A DNA stretch of 64,000 nt from assembly GCA_964036045.1 (NCBI GenBank), contig OZ038378.1:4650001-4714000 (forward strand). The letters are read 5' to 3'. The stretch is from Eutreptiella sp. 'Long Island Sound 2002'. Taxonomy: Eukaryota > Protista > Euglenida. Under the pieces are notes generated by a model, which saw nothing but the letters and a program-made list of their open reading frames with translations, was not told the origin of the DNA and did not search any database. Of this stretch, positions 50,601 to 60,561 are shown piece after piece. The position numbers were made by a program, and so were the translations under genes. The stretch's first letter is position 1. Every line of letters begins with the position of its first letter.

Positions 50601-53600
50601 TTGCTGCATCGCAAGTGATGAATGTGGACTTGATGAGTTATGGCCGTCTGGCCATTGGTGGTCAATGGCATTTGCTGGCGGGTCACATCCTGTCCTGAGA
50701 AGCCAAGTAAAAAGAGAAAGAGAAGATGACAAGAAGCATAGGGTCAGGGCAATTGATCTAGGGCAGAGCGCCCCCCCCCCCCCCTTGCTGTCCCGTCCAC
50801 GGGATTGAGTCCATGTTGTGGCCACCGCACAGTACACTTGTACCATGGATACTGTACCATAGATGCCCATTTCCGTGGACGCTATACAATGGACATGTCT
50901 ACGGTGTGGTGGCCCCACTCACCCGAGCTCCCCCAAACAAGGATGGCCCACTGTTAGTGGATCGGGTCAAAGAAAGAAACAGTGTACGTTGGGCTCATTG
51001 CTGTGATTTTTGGAGCCGTCAAGGTAGGCACAAAGCGGTCACAAATGCTTTGGCTGACGGAGCAGTTGGCCAGTTGGTGCAGGCGATGCTGCAGGTGCGC
51101 ACATGTGAGCAATCGTCATGCTGGGCTCTTCAGGTACCTTTGGCAGCGTAGAGGGGGCACAGGTCACAGAGGCCGGTTGGGAAAGTGATGGCGCTGCGTT
51201 CAGAGAAACTAGCGAAACCCCCTGGCTGCTGGGGCTGTACACAAACAACAGTATCGATTGCTTGGCACTACATTAGAGGCTGTAAGCAACGGGTCCATGA
51301 AAATGGTACGGTCTGGGGAGACGACACTGTTTCATCCCCAAGACCTTTGGGAACGCAGGACCATCAAAAAATGCTGAATCACAGAGAAATCAACAGAGCA
51401 GCGGGCCTTGGTAATGAGTGCCGGCCAGTGTGATATGACCAGCTGCCTGAGCAAAACACGTCAACAACATTACTGAAGCAAGCATGACGGCAATGCGAAA
51501 TATCCAGAATGTATTGGGAGAGAACAGCCCCAGAATGACGCTGGGGGCAGGGGGGGAAGGGGCTTCGAAACGTGGTGATTGTGGAAATCGGAAACGATGT
51601 CAACGAGTGACTCGCTACTTCAAGGTCATGAGAATGTTCAAGCGAAATATGGGTACACTGAATTGCCCATTTTGGCAAAACTACAAGGGGGCCTTGTGGG
51701 GAGGGGGTTCAAGTGCCCATAGAGTGGAATACCAACGAGTTTGGTGGTAGAGGGGGCAGACGCCTAAAAGCTAACAAACACCCTTGGGCTTTGTTAGGAG
51801 GAGTGTGTGGGAGAGGATTGTGCACCAAGAGGACTGTGTTGCAGGAGGACTCTTTTTGGGGGACTCCAAATGCGCCTCCTACCGCCATGTTGCTTGCATC
51901 TGCAGAGAAATCCGTGAATGGTCCATTGAGGGCCGCTTTGCGTCAAAGGGATAAGCACGGCTGGGCAAAGACGCCTTGGATTCCATTGGTGGCGGTGCGC
52001 TCACAGCCCCAGGTCGGAAGGAGCCTGAAAGGCGCTTATTCTCAAGCCTCGGAAACGACACACTTCTTGGGTTGACTTGGGACATCTCATCCTGAGAACA
52101 TGATCCGTGCACTTGACGCAGACAAGACACAGAGGCGCATGCCTCGGTGTGTGTGGGCATTGCACATCAACACGGGCAGTGCCATGGACGTCGGCAGAAG
52201 GGTGGGCACAAACAAAACCACAGGATGGATGTAAACATGGCCATGAGCATTGGTCCGCCCAATACGGTGCTGGGGTGCACCGTGCAGAGACCCTGGTGGC
52301 GTGCCTGGTGACGGAGAGGGGAGGGTGAGTGAAGATGACGGGAGTAATTGGACGTGCAACCAGCTTCCCCGTGCCCCGGTTGCCCCGGTTTGATGTTGGG
52401 GATCAGCACTGAGATTGAGTGGTCATTTGGCTTGCCTTCCGGACCCGATTCCTCAGGGGAAGGACGCAACCAAAGAAATCTCCTCCGGTGAGGGGTTTCC
52501 ACAACGGGGCAGGGCCCACACCCCCACAAGGCATTCAATATTTGAGACCCTGGAAACACCACCAAGACAACACCACTTTCGGGTGGCACTTACCTCTGTG
52601 GTGTAATTAGCCGTATCAGTACAGGGCCTGTGAGAGAAAATGGACGTATGGCAGCTGGTCAAATCAGTCCGTCCGCATCCGGTGTACATGAGTCCACCAA
52701 AGCTTACCGAAGGGGTTGCTCAGGGATACTTCCGAATCAATCTGCCCAAAGCCCAAGCCACATCCGCACCTGGATTTCCTCCCATCGAAGGCGGTCTGCA
52801 GCCACAGCCGTGCGGGTCGCTTCCCAGCGCACCCGTTCCTCATCAACATTATTGCGCTCCTCCAGCACCATCGACTTGAAACTCTCCAATTGCAGTCCGG
52901 CCTCCTCCCACTTCCTTAACTCATAATCAAACCTCCGCCTGTGCCCACGGCGATGCAGAGGAAAAATGCCCACAATTGCCGCGCATGGACGGATCAACTT
53001 CAGTCCCTCTCTCACGCAGGACTGTCCTACGCCACCACCAGAAAAATCTCGTTGATTTACATGTGACCCAACAAACGTATCGGGTCCCCAAAGTGGAGAG
53101 GAGACCAAGGGCTGTGGAAACACCAGCACACAAGCCCAATTCAAGCCACATTAGTACCCCCCGCCCTCCTGTCAGGCCGGTCCCCCACATGGGGGAGGGG
53201 GGGGGGTTGCACCGCAAAACCGTACCACAATATCACAGTGTAAACCAGCTTCGGCGCCTTCGGTGCCTGGTTAAAATTTTCTCTGGCGCCTTTGGCGCCT
53301 ACCACTTTCTATGCTTCTTGGGCTAAGTGCCCCCCCCGCTGGGGGGGGAGGGGATTACAAGGGGGTGCACGCATCGTGGGCACTACCCTTGACAACTAAG
53401 TGCGGCCGGGGTCAAAACAACGAGGGGGGGGTCGCAAAGGACCAAAGGTTGCCCCCGTGCCTCGACCCTACCCTAATGGTTGTGAAGGGCTGTCCCCAAG
53501 GGCCGTCCGAGTCCTTGATGACGGACGGCCCCGTCCCCACCCCGATCATTCCTCTTCCGCTATCTCGCCGCCAGGGACCTCAAGGGGGAGGGGGCCGGGT

Positions 53601-55366
53601 GGGCTGGACCCACCAACGCACCTACTCTTATGGGAACTCTGCAGAGGGTGCCCTGCGAAGGATTGCGCGCCAATGGGCGCTGTTTTTCTTGGGGGGGGGG
53701 GGGGGCTGGCCTTCTGGTGCAGGGCCCCACAATGATCTTTTTTGGGCCAGGGGCAGCACCTGACGCGGCACCGCTCGTGGGGCAACAGGGGGCACCCCGG
53801 CAGGAGTGGCATGAGCCTCGGTGGTGGTGGAGCATGGTACCGTTGGTACGACCCTCCAAAAGGGGAGCGCACACCCCAAGCCCGCCCCCCTGTGTGACAT
53901 TCTGTCTGGTTGTTGTTTTTTTACGGGGCCCTGGACAGTCACCCGTTCTTCCCTTCGCATGTTGCGTCGGGTTGCTGCTTTCTGTCGGCCGCTGCGGCCG
54001 GTGCTCTTGCTGGTGTCGTTTCCGCGTTCGCGGAGCCCAGTGGTTGGTGTTCCGGGGCTGTGCCGAGGCTGTGCTGGATGCGGCGTGGTGTGCCGTTTGC
54101 GCGTCAGTGGCCCCCAGTAGTTGGCGTATTGAGGTTGTGCTGGTTGTTGCCGGGGTCGTTTGACTGTTTTTGCTGTCCACGCGCCTCTGTCCACATGCCA
54201 TCCATAACCTGCCCCGCCGTGTTTCCGTGTGCGGGTCCCGGGGTCAGACCATATGAGACGGGTTGACGAGTGGACGCGGCACAACGGCAGCCCGGCAGGA
54301 GTTGAGGGAGCAGAGTGGAAAGTGTGCTTTGCATGTTTTGGTGGTGGTGGGGGGGGGGGGGGGGATGCGGCCGTTCCAGGGGCCATCACCTCCGCGCGTG
54401 TGCGCTGCGTGTGCGGCGCAGGTACTCCCTCTTCATCCGGGGGCCTCGACCAGCTGCACCCCACTCGGACTCCGGATTGCTGGGCGTCTGTGGGCGGTGG
54501 AGGGTGGGGTCCTGGGGACCAGGTGCATGCGGGGCAGCAACAACATCGTGGGGGCGAAGACCTGGCCTCATCACAGCCCCGTCTCTCGCGCTCTGCTTCG
54601 CGCCGTGACTTCATCATCATTTCTTTGGCGGTTCTCGTGGCTTCCAGTTCCTTTTCATATTCCAACTTCTGCCGTTCTATTCGCAGAACATCGGACGTGT
54701 AGAATGCGTGGGGGGCGTGTAGCACGTTGCAGAAGGCAAACGCCACACCGCGAAGCGTGTCGTAATGAGCTCAGTCTTGAGGTACAAAAGCAGGCTGTTG
54801 TGGTCTCTTACCTGCCCTCGCCCTGGGGCAAGCACGGCTGAAAGGCGACGGTCAGATAGGGATCGCACGGAACCCACAGGCAAGCGGTTCAGAGGGGGTT
54901 CGGGGTCGCCTTGCTTGGACCAGGCGGTGCTGCCGCAAGGGGGGGGAGCTTATCGGAATGGACCACAGCCCGACGTTACGCAATCTTCACCGATGGTCAT
55001 GGACCCACCGACAGCGAATGGCTCGTCGATGCCTTACCACAATATGCCAAAAACAAGGGACACCGAAAAAAAAATTGAATACTGGCCGATGGAAAAAAGA
55101 GACACCCCTCTGGAAAGAACACCAGACAAACTTGACAACTTGACAACCAGACCAGCATGCCAGCAGAACATGAACGATACACGAAAATCCCAGGGTGCAG
55201 CAACACCGTAATCTTGCAGCTCTTTCTCGAGCTCAGCCTTGGAGGCCGCAACTTCCTGCTTCACTTTTTGGAGCTTGGCGACAGTGTGCTCCATGTCACG
55301 TTGGTCGGCATCGGTGCTCATTTCTAGGTCTCTGACGTAATGATGGGATGAGGAACTTTCACTCAT
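23616..55366 (-). CDS. Coiled-coil / tandem C2-domain protein, ~1480 aa; exons 55366-55207, 54676-54562, 52938-52770, 42197-41970, 38557-38237, 31810-31430, 31266-31018, 27967-27629, 26626-25664, 25493-24954, 24599-23616
   Basis: All junctions GT-AG with matching phases (1,2,then 0). C2-1 (WDLHVQVVEGR..NPIWNE..E|DVIHILLWN..DVWLPL) and C2-2 (LFVQHVSVVGFP..|VYVEM..PFWAEGFQF..|LRVRLQITPHGFG) are split across exons and rejoin sensibly. Joining the three 5' coiled-coil exons to the C2 exons across ~10.6 kb is inferred; extra exons are possible. Confidence 0.75.
24600..24953 (-). repeat. Intron composed of pentamer microsatellites (CATCC, CACCA, CGCAT types)
   Basis: Visible GGATG/GTGTG/GCGAT arrays on the + strand between donor 24953 and acceptor 24600. 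Confidence 0.8.
29907..30254. mobile_element. Second hAT-like MITE copy with GGCGGTT satellite
   Basis: CATGGCGGTCCTT / AAGGACCGCCCTG ends; flanks TACGAGAG / TACTCGAGAG (TSD with a 2-nt indel). Confidence 0.75.
33020..34182 (-). pseudogene. Linker plus N-terminal reverse transcriptase fragment of the YR element
   Basis: Open frame ending in the RT motif 1-2-like PFVIPK..VSLILSCVKIN, after which RT similarity stops; no YxDD motif present. Confidence 0.55.
34009..35361 (-). CDS. Tyrosine recombinase (phage-integrase family) of the retrotransposon
   Basis: LRVGE (R), NSKT (K), HALRRGG (HxxR), GRW (W), AMQY (Y): full catalytic set in an uninterrupted frame. Confidence 0.92.
   Translation of the reverse strand: MQSWRPRTRSQYASRLRALAAYAERAGPPDTAAALAGLLAERAQAGATASALRGITSAVRAVEDLQWLPPTVTTLHKRIAAGAASSGSQPYLSPAGLVQLVEKARDSRNGTVFSALAIISWVCYLRVGEAAGIRVSDLAMPGFVQFWNSKTGEEGYTTRPLYRYADGVRAWLHRHMVSLGRSSDMLVWQSGEAGLEAGMAETLASTAHARARWHALRRGGAAATWARKPDLAYYKWWGRWQSTAVAMQYGTKWSDPGVVAPTVLPAWSRDRGPLPTPERVGVLALWGSPMFPSIAGALSTPTKRKPRRPRGQGQGSTASGTVGSGDEGDQAATELEESAEDGSAEMGPGPEAAPTLPPLQPLASATERGAVSREDAGQLCTLAGPLVAVGGGGWRAGDGSRAHQCRFRRGHRRQQRGFRKRTLWRLRSRQRQGFPRASTGRSCQVRGTGA
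35497..36129 (-). pseudogene. Gag-like ORF of the YR element (210 codons, one internal TAG at 35773-35775)
   Basis: N-terminal coiled coil (EERLAAQAKEIQELREQL); the frame continues past the TAG to CQRCAQRGSPDERHWHFRCPHWS*. Confidence 0.65.
39201..39439 (-). mobile_element. SINE/LINE-tail-like repeat, truncated copy with long TSD; longer copy at ~53888-54200
   Basis: High identity to 53888-54140; flanked by TATCCATCTTTTGTACCCC at 39182-39200 and 39440-39458. Orientation is inferred from the truncation. Confidence 0.75.
42679..42910. mobile_element. MITE with poly-C TIRs and TA target duplication
   Basis: TA|CCCCGCCCCCTTGTAATC ... GATTACAAGAG(n)|TA; a related copy lies at 53157-53365. Confidence 0.75.
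43655..44511. mobile_element. Non-autonomous repeat with CACCTCGAAGAG-type termini and internal ~170-bp subrepeats; other copies at 1-1520 and ~11365-11495
   Basis: CACCTCGAAGAGAG at the left end and CCCTCTTTGAGGGTG at the right; the same internal blocks and the CTCTTCGAGGTG end recur at 1507-1520 and ~11482-11495. TSD unresolved. Confidence 0.65.
45379..45905 (-). pseudogene. 5'-truncated DDE_Tnp_4 (PIF/Harbinger/ISL2EU-like) transposase with a Cys-rich C-terminus
   Basis: G..ADVMI, HDGAYKG, VPY, YNDVHGFYRARVEHLFARL motifs in a stop-free frame; the first catalytic Asp region is missing. Confidence 0.8.
45905..46041. repeat. Three tandem 46-bp repeats
   Basis: GTCCCTAACCCC(G/A)ACTC(G/A)AGGGGCCACAC..AAGCGTGGATTG at 45905, 45951 and 45997. 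Confidence 0.9.
46155..46320. repeat. Dispersed repeat; the copy at ~58225-58550 is partly inverted
   Basis: CCAAAAACTTGT.AAAAGGGGCCAAAA..AAAACTTCGCA.TGCGTG is direct at 58442-58540; the preceding block appears reverse-complemented at 58225-58320. Confidence 0.65.
53157..53365. mobile_element. MITE related to 42679-42910
   Basis: TA|CCCCCC..TGTCAGGCCGGTCCCC start, shared GGCGCCTTTGGCGC core, and GATTACAAGGGGG|TG end. Confidence 0.65.
53888..54200 (-). repeat. Longer copy of the SINE-like repeat
   Basis: Shares the CCCTGTGTGACATT...GGCGTATTGAGG block with 39198-39433; the right boundary is uncertain. Confidence 0.75.
54950..55075 (+). pseudogene. Retroelement RNase H-like fragment
   Basis: TTARRYAIFTDGHG reading; single motif only. 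Confidence 0.3.
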
Positions 55367-55917
55367 TTCTCCAGCGTGACAGACACATGGAGCTATAAAC
55401 ACAAGGGTACGGCGTTGGGAAGGGGGGCAAGAAGGCGCTGAAGTGGAATAATGAGATGAAGATTAATAGAGGAGGGGAAGGAATTCATATAGAGCTTAGG
55501 CCCCTAGGTATCGTGGTGTTAAGCTGCTTGTGGCTTGACCATTGTGGCAATTGCGCGAGAGTCCCCACTCTGCTGTTAGAGCAAGAGGCTCGGACATAAG
55601 AGACTCAGGTGATTGAAATGGCTTGCCCATGCCCTGAATTGAGCCTGCACGCCGCCCTTGCAATTTGCATGTCTGTGGGGAGCATTCTCTACACCTGCAG
55701 GAACCATCAATTCCAGGTTCCAAAAATTGACAGAAAGACGAATGCCTGTGTGGCCTGTAGGCATTCCTGTGCGACAGCCTGATGCAGTTTGGGAGAGTTC
55801 CTGCACATGTGCACACATCAACTGTTATAGGGATCACTTTGCTGAACCTCCAAACCACCAAGCACTCAAAAAAACTGCACATACAGGCCAAAAGCTCATA
55901 GACATTGCGAAGAAGCA

Positions 55918-57637
55918 CCCCCCCCCTGTCTAAGCTACGCAAAAGTACGGAATTAATACGGTCCCTACTAGACAAGGCCGTAGCTTGCGTGCGACACATA
56001 CAACTACCGGCACACACACCATCACCAAGAAAGGGGAAGATAAATCACCCCAAACCACAAATATCCCCAAAATCAGAGCTCTGTGGGTTCAAGTAGGCAA
56101 ACAATCACAACGGATGTGTCCATCACTCCATGTAATTGGCAGATTTTGTCACCAAAATCATGTCTTACGCAGTTGCACTACATTTCGTACTGAATTAAAT
56201 TAGGTACGGAATTAATACGGTCCCTACGCCCGCTCTAGCTTAGACAAGGCCGTGGCTTAGCCATAAATCGACGATGGCCGTCACCCCCAGTATCCCACCA
56301 GCAGGAAATCACAACAGGACAACGTGGGTAACGCGCGGCGGAGCCGCGACATACATCGTGCAAGCGCTGTTCCATGCGTCCAACAAGGCGCCGCTAGGCG
56401 CTGTCATGTGTCACACAAAGTGTCCAACAAGGCGCCGTCAAGCACCGCACACTCAGGCAGGGTTAGAGCAACTCATTGGTCCCCTCCCCAGCCCGAAATA
56501 GGTTGCAACGTGAGTCACTGACATCTGTGCTGAACCCCTCAATCAGCATTTAGACTATGACAGTGAGTCACAGTCTAAATGCTGACGTACCCGCGTATCA
56601 CTCACGTCTGTGCTGTATGCCATGTCTTAACTGCCTTTGCCCGAGGTTTAGGGGCTGGTTTGGGCTCGGGCAACTTCAAATTCTTGGGAATGAAATTGCC
56701 TTGCATGTGGTCTCTTGTAAAGTACAACTTCCCATCAAAGACATGGGCCATTCCCCACAAACCTCGGGCAGCCTTAGCCCAAACAACTTCAGTGGGAGCA
56801 TCATCGGAGTCACTAGAATCATCATCCGAAGAAGAGGACTCTTGAATGCAATCATCCTCATCGGTATCCGTCCCGGAATCAGAATCAGAATCAGAACTTG
56901 AATCGGAATCAGAATTACCAAAATAGGTCAAATCCTCAAGCTCCGACAACTTCATCCCTTTGGGGAAGTAGGCCGCACGGCATGCGGCCTTAATATCATT
57001 CTCGGTGATTGCATTAAATGCCTCCAAAACCCACGTGGCCGTCTCCTCCCGAGAAGGGACGGGGACGGGCCCACGTTTCCTTTTTTTCCCCATCAATTTA
57101 TCCTCTACCCACTCCGCATAGCTCTCTTCCAAAGAGGATTTGAATGCCCCATTGACCATCTTTTTATCACATGCTTGAATGTACGGTGTACAATTTGGGG
57201 CAGTGATGTAAAGCCACAATTTGGCATTCCTAAAAGCAAGGGCAACGGATGCATGCATGTGGGCCGGGGCCCCATCAGCCGTAAAAGCACATTGCTCACA
57301 TCTTCAACGGCATCTTCAAGTGGCGAACATGTGCAATTGTTCCGCATGGTGTATCATCGCAAGAAGGGTTTCCAAGCCGAACATTTGTAGGCTTCTCTTG
57401 CTTGTGAGAACATGGGTGTGAACCTGAATTTCCATGTTTCAAACGCTTTCTTGTGTTTGCATGCTTTTGGGAACATGGGTGGAGGTTGAGGTGCACTCAT
57501 ACTATGCGCTCATTTACGTGTGTGTCGATAGTTGTATATGTCGCGTGCAAGCTACGCCCGTGTCCAAGCTACAGTAGGCATAGGGACCGTATTAATTTGG
57601 TACTTTGGCGTAGCTTATACAAGGGGGGGGGGGGGGG
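55918..57637 (-). mobile_element. pogo-like (Tc1/mariner superfamily) DNA transposon P1, internally deleted
   Basis: Long imperfect TIRs (C-run+TGTCTAAGCTACGCAAAAGTAC / GTACTTTGGCGTAGCTTATACAA+G-run) flanked by CA and TA; encodes the C-terminal half of a DDE_1-type transposase. Confidence 0.85.
56602..57290 (-). pseudogene. pogo-type transposase C-terminal fragment (D35D)
   Basis: ADGAPAH ... TPYIQACD with 35 residues between the Asp residues, then VNGAFK..Y.EW, PSREETATWVLEAF, and an acidic tail. Confidence 0.85.
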
Positions 57638-57699
57638 TACAACAGGGGAGACCTGCACCACTTGGTGACATAGCTCCAGGGGTGCTTTGAGTCCAAAAC

Positions 57700-58226
57700 C
57701 ATGTTTTGCCGAGCACCGGCATCCCCTACCACAGCGGCGAACCCGTCAGCCCGCGTAGACCCCCTGCATGCCAAAGAAGCGAAGTGGGGGACCCATCGCG
57801 ATGAGCTACTAAGAGAGTTGGCAGAGTTGGCGACGAAAGGCTGGATAGTGGCATACACCGATGGGTCAGCCAAGAAGGTTAGGGGTTGGATGCAGGCAGG
57901 GTATGGGATATGGTTCGGGATGCGCACTCCCGCAAATCTTGTGGCTCAGGGCGGTGGTGAAGCTAAAACCCGTGTTAATTTGGAAGGGTGAACCCCAAGG
58001 TAAAATCAAAAAAGAAGTCACCGCTTTGAACCGGAAGATGCGGCACATGGTGCAAACGGTCACCAAAAAAGGCAAGACCAATGAGGCTGCCATGCTATTT
58101 ATTGTTGAGGAAGCTTTGCGAGATGCTATCCCTTTGCAAGAGGGTCGGGCGCGGGCACAATGGTCCAGTTTCGGTGGGTGCCATCGCGCCGACGAGTTGG
58201 CTATGCAGGGCAGGCGAGGTGAGTGA
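57700..58226 (+). pseudogene. Disrupted second RNase HI copy; its centre (~57921-58140) is replaced by a pogo transposase fragment
   Basis: VAYTDGSAKKVRGWMQAGYGIWFG, then KLKPVLIWKG..KGKTNEAAMLF (DDE_1-like), then MVQFRWVPS / ADELAMQGR. Confidence 0.75.
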
Positions 58227-58831
58227 TTCCATACTGGGGTTTTTTTTGCTTCCTATGCATTTGGGATGTGGTACATTTGAATTGTCACCCTTTGTTGCCC
58301 AATGTCAACCATTTTTACCCATTTTGCATCCCCCATATTGAGCTCTCCCCACTATGGGGACCCCGAGAAGGCGGGGGTGATGTAGCCATACGTAGCCCGC
58401 GGACCTTGAGGAGTTTGTGGTACGGCCTTCATCCCCACCACATCCAAAAACTTGTCAAAAGGGGCCAAAAGTAGGGTCTAAGTATTGGCCGACATTCAAA
58501 ACTTCGCATTGCGTGTGCACTGCGTGCATGGCATTCCCCATCTTGCATGGCGGCCAAATTTCTTGCTCGCATCAATAGTATTCCAAACAGGAGGGGGAGC
58601 GTGTTCCCATGGTGCACAAGGGGGGGTGGCAGACCAAAAACCCAAATTGAAATTGAAATGGCTACATAACCCTTGCCTTCTCAGGGTCTCCAAATGTGAG
58701 GACGAATAAAATGGGTAAATTAACCTCAATAGCACCAACGGGTTTGATGAATGAATCCAAAGTGGCTATGTAACCACTGCCCCCCAAAAGCGGAGAGGAA
58801 TCAAAGTGGCGACATGACCCCTACCTTCCTA

Positions 58832-60561
58832 CCCCCCCTGTCCAAGCAAATGACCAGAAATTGACGGAATCATTGTCTCGTGTTGCTTGGACAAGGGTGT
58901 TGCTTACGCGCCGCAACTTGCGTAATATAATACAGGTGTAGACCGTCCTCAGGGGGTTTGAAGCCGAGATGGTGGGAAACAAGCAAAGGGTTGACATATG
59001 CAACAAAACAATCATGAGCAGCGATCATCGGAGACCAAAAACTGGCACATACAGTTTGAAAACATTGAACATTACAGGTCCACAGGCTCAGAAATGAAGC
59101 CCTTCCAGGTCAAGCTATACCACTTCGTGAACTGTTGGACTTGCTTCTTCTTGCCCTGCGCATCACCCTTTGCTGGAAATTTGGGTGCAGGTTTTGGGGC
59201 TGATTTTGGGAAGAAATTTGGGCACAAACTGCAGCCACCATGCCTGTAAACTCCTGATGGTCTGGCCAAGGGATGGAAGTCTTGTGGGACAGTTTCTGCT
59301 CATCAACTTTGTCACTAATCCATTCACAATATTGCTGTGACATCCACCTGTCGAAGTTAAGACTTATCTCAAAATTGTCACATGTGGCAGCCCTCTTGGC
59401 CGACAGAGCTGCGTTGACACAAAATATGAACAACTTGCATGAAAAAACCAAGGTATCACTAAGCACACATGGCACACAGTAGAACGAATTGAAAAACGCA
59501 CCGCCAAATCAACGGTGCAAAAATTGACGGAACCATTGCCCAGTGCTTGGCCATAGAACAGTGGAATGTTCAGCAATAGGTCCCCACCGACAGACCTACG
59601 CCCCCAATCATCAAGTATCACGCGGCACACATTGTCCCATCTGTCCAGCAAGGCGCCCTTAGGCGCCGTCACAAATAGTCCAAAGCAGTCTGAGAGCGCC
59701 ACTGGCGCCCTCCCTCGATGGTTAGGGTCAGGCCTCAGAACTCGACCCCCCCCTGACGCCTCTTCCTGCTCTCATTGACTTCTGTACTAAATTCGTCACT
59801 GTCACTGCCCGACACCCCCCGCAACCGCGTGTCACTTACATCCGTGCTGTACAGCTCTTCGTCTGAGCTGGGCAGGAAGTCCTCGTCCCCCGACGTCGAC
59901 GACGCGGTCGAACTACCACCCAACGTCCCCCCAGAATCAACCTCTGACCCAATCTCCAGGTCCGACGTATCTGCCATGGGCTCCAGCCCCAGGGCATCCC
60001 ACTCTGTGACACGGCGTCGCTTAGACAGGGGCAGCAGGTTATAGGAGTGTAATTCCCGGCCCTGCCCCGCCAACTTGTCGGCTGCCTCGTTGCCGGCCAC
60101 CCCGAGGTGCGACGGCACCCACCGGACTTGCAACATGTCCCCCGCCTCCCCTCGGAGCCAATCAATGTGTTCCCACAAATCTCTGTGCCCCACCTCCCCC
60201 GAGGATGTGCACCACCCATGTCTCTTCCATTTCTCCGTCCACACCGTGATGGCTTTAAAGATGTACTCGGAATAGACCACCACGACCATGCGCTCCCCCT
60301 CCGCCCGACTTAACATTGCGTGCAACACTCCTCGCAGCTCCCCCCTACTGATACTCTGTCGCTCGTGTGCTGGCACATGTGCCCGAAAATTGCGGCTGTG
60401 GTGTTGCCCGAACCAAACACCATACCCCGCCTGCATCCACCCCCGCACACGTTTCGCGGAGGCATCCGTGTAGACCACCACCGAGCCTTCCCCCGACATT
60501 TTCTCCAGGTCCGCCAACAGTGACTTCTTATGGCGATGCTTGGACAAGGGGGGGGGGGGGG
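58832..60561 (-). mobile_element. pogo-family composite unit P2 carrying an RNase HI ORF and a diverged transposase fragment
   Basis: TA|CCCCCCCTGTCCAAGC ... GCTTGGACAAG(n)|TA; 59633-59671 is 32/39 identical to P1 56368-56406; fragment ~59100-59400 (NFDRWMSQQYCEWISDK, PKSAPKPAPK) resembles the P1 transposase tail. Confidence 0.75.
59735..60499 (-). CDS. RNase HI-like protein (254 aa from the first ATG inside the TIR); one catalytic Asp appears replaced by Tyr
   Basis: VYTDAS, GYGVWFG, RGELRG, VYSEY (expected DSEY), WKRHGW, RDLW, WVPSH.G..GNEAADKLA, followed by an acidic tail. Confidence 0.88.
   Translation of the reverse strand: MSGEGSVVVYTDASAKRVRGWMQAGYGVWFGQHHSRNFRAHVPAHERQSISRGELRGVLHAMLSRAEGERMVVVVYSEYIFKAITVWTEKWKRHGWCTSSGEVGHRDLWEHIDWLRGEAGDMLQVRWVPSHLGVAGNEAADKLAGQGRELHSYNLLPLSKRRRVTEWDALGLEPMADTSDLEIGSEVDSGGTLGGSSTASSTSGDEDFLPSSDEELYSTDVSDTRLRGVSGSDSDEFSTEVNESRKRRQGGVEF

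Noticed and set aside
51138-51221. Phase 0-0 candidate extra exon of the C2 gene
   Set aside because: The opposite strand reads like a decayed retroelement tail (CWGC..WHYIRGC), so the splice signals may be chance; not modelled.
52939-54561. Euglenid non-conventional (end-paired) intron features
   Set aside because: Only weak end pairing in this intron; all modelled introns are GT-AG without the +4 CAG / -8 CTG pattern.
55366-55405. Spliced-leader trans-splice acceptors upstream of the three start codons
   Set aside because: AG dinucleotides exist but cannot be distinguished from chance without cDNA.
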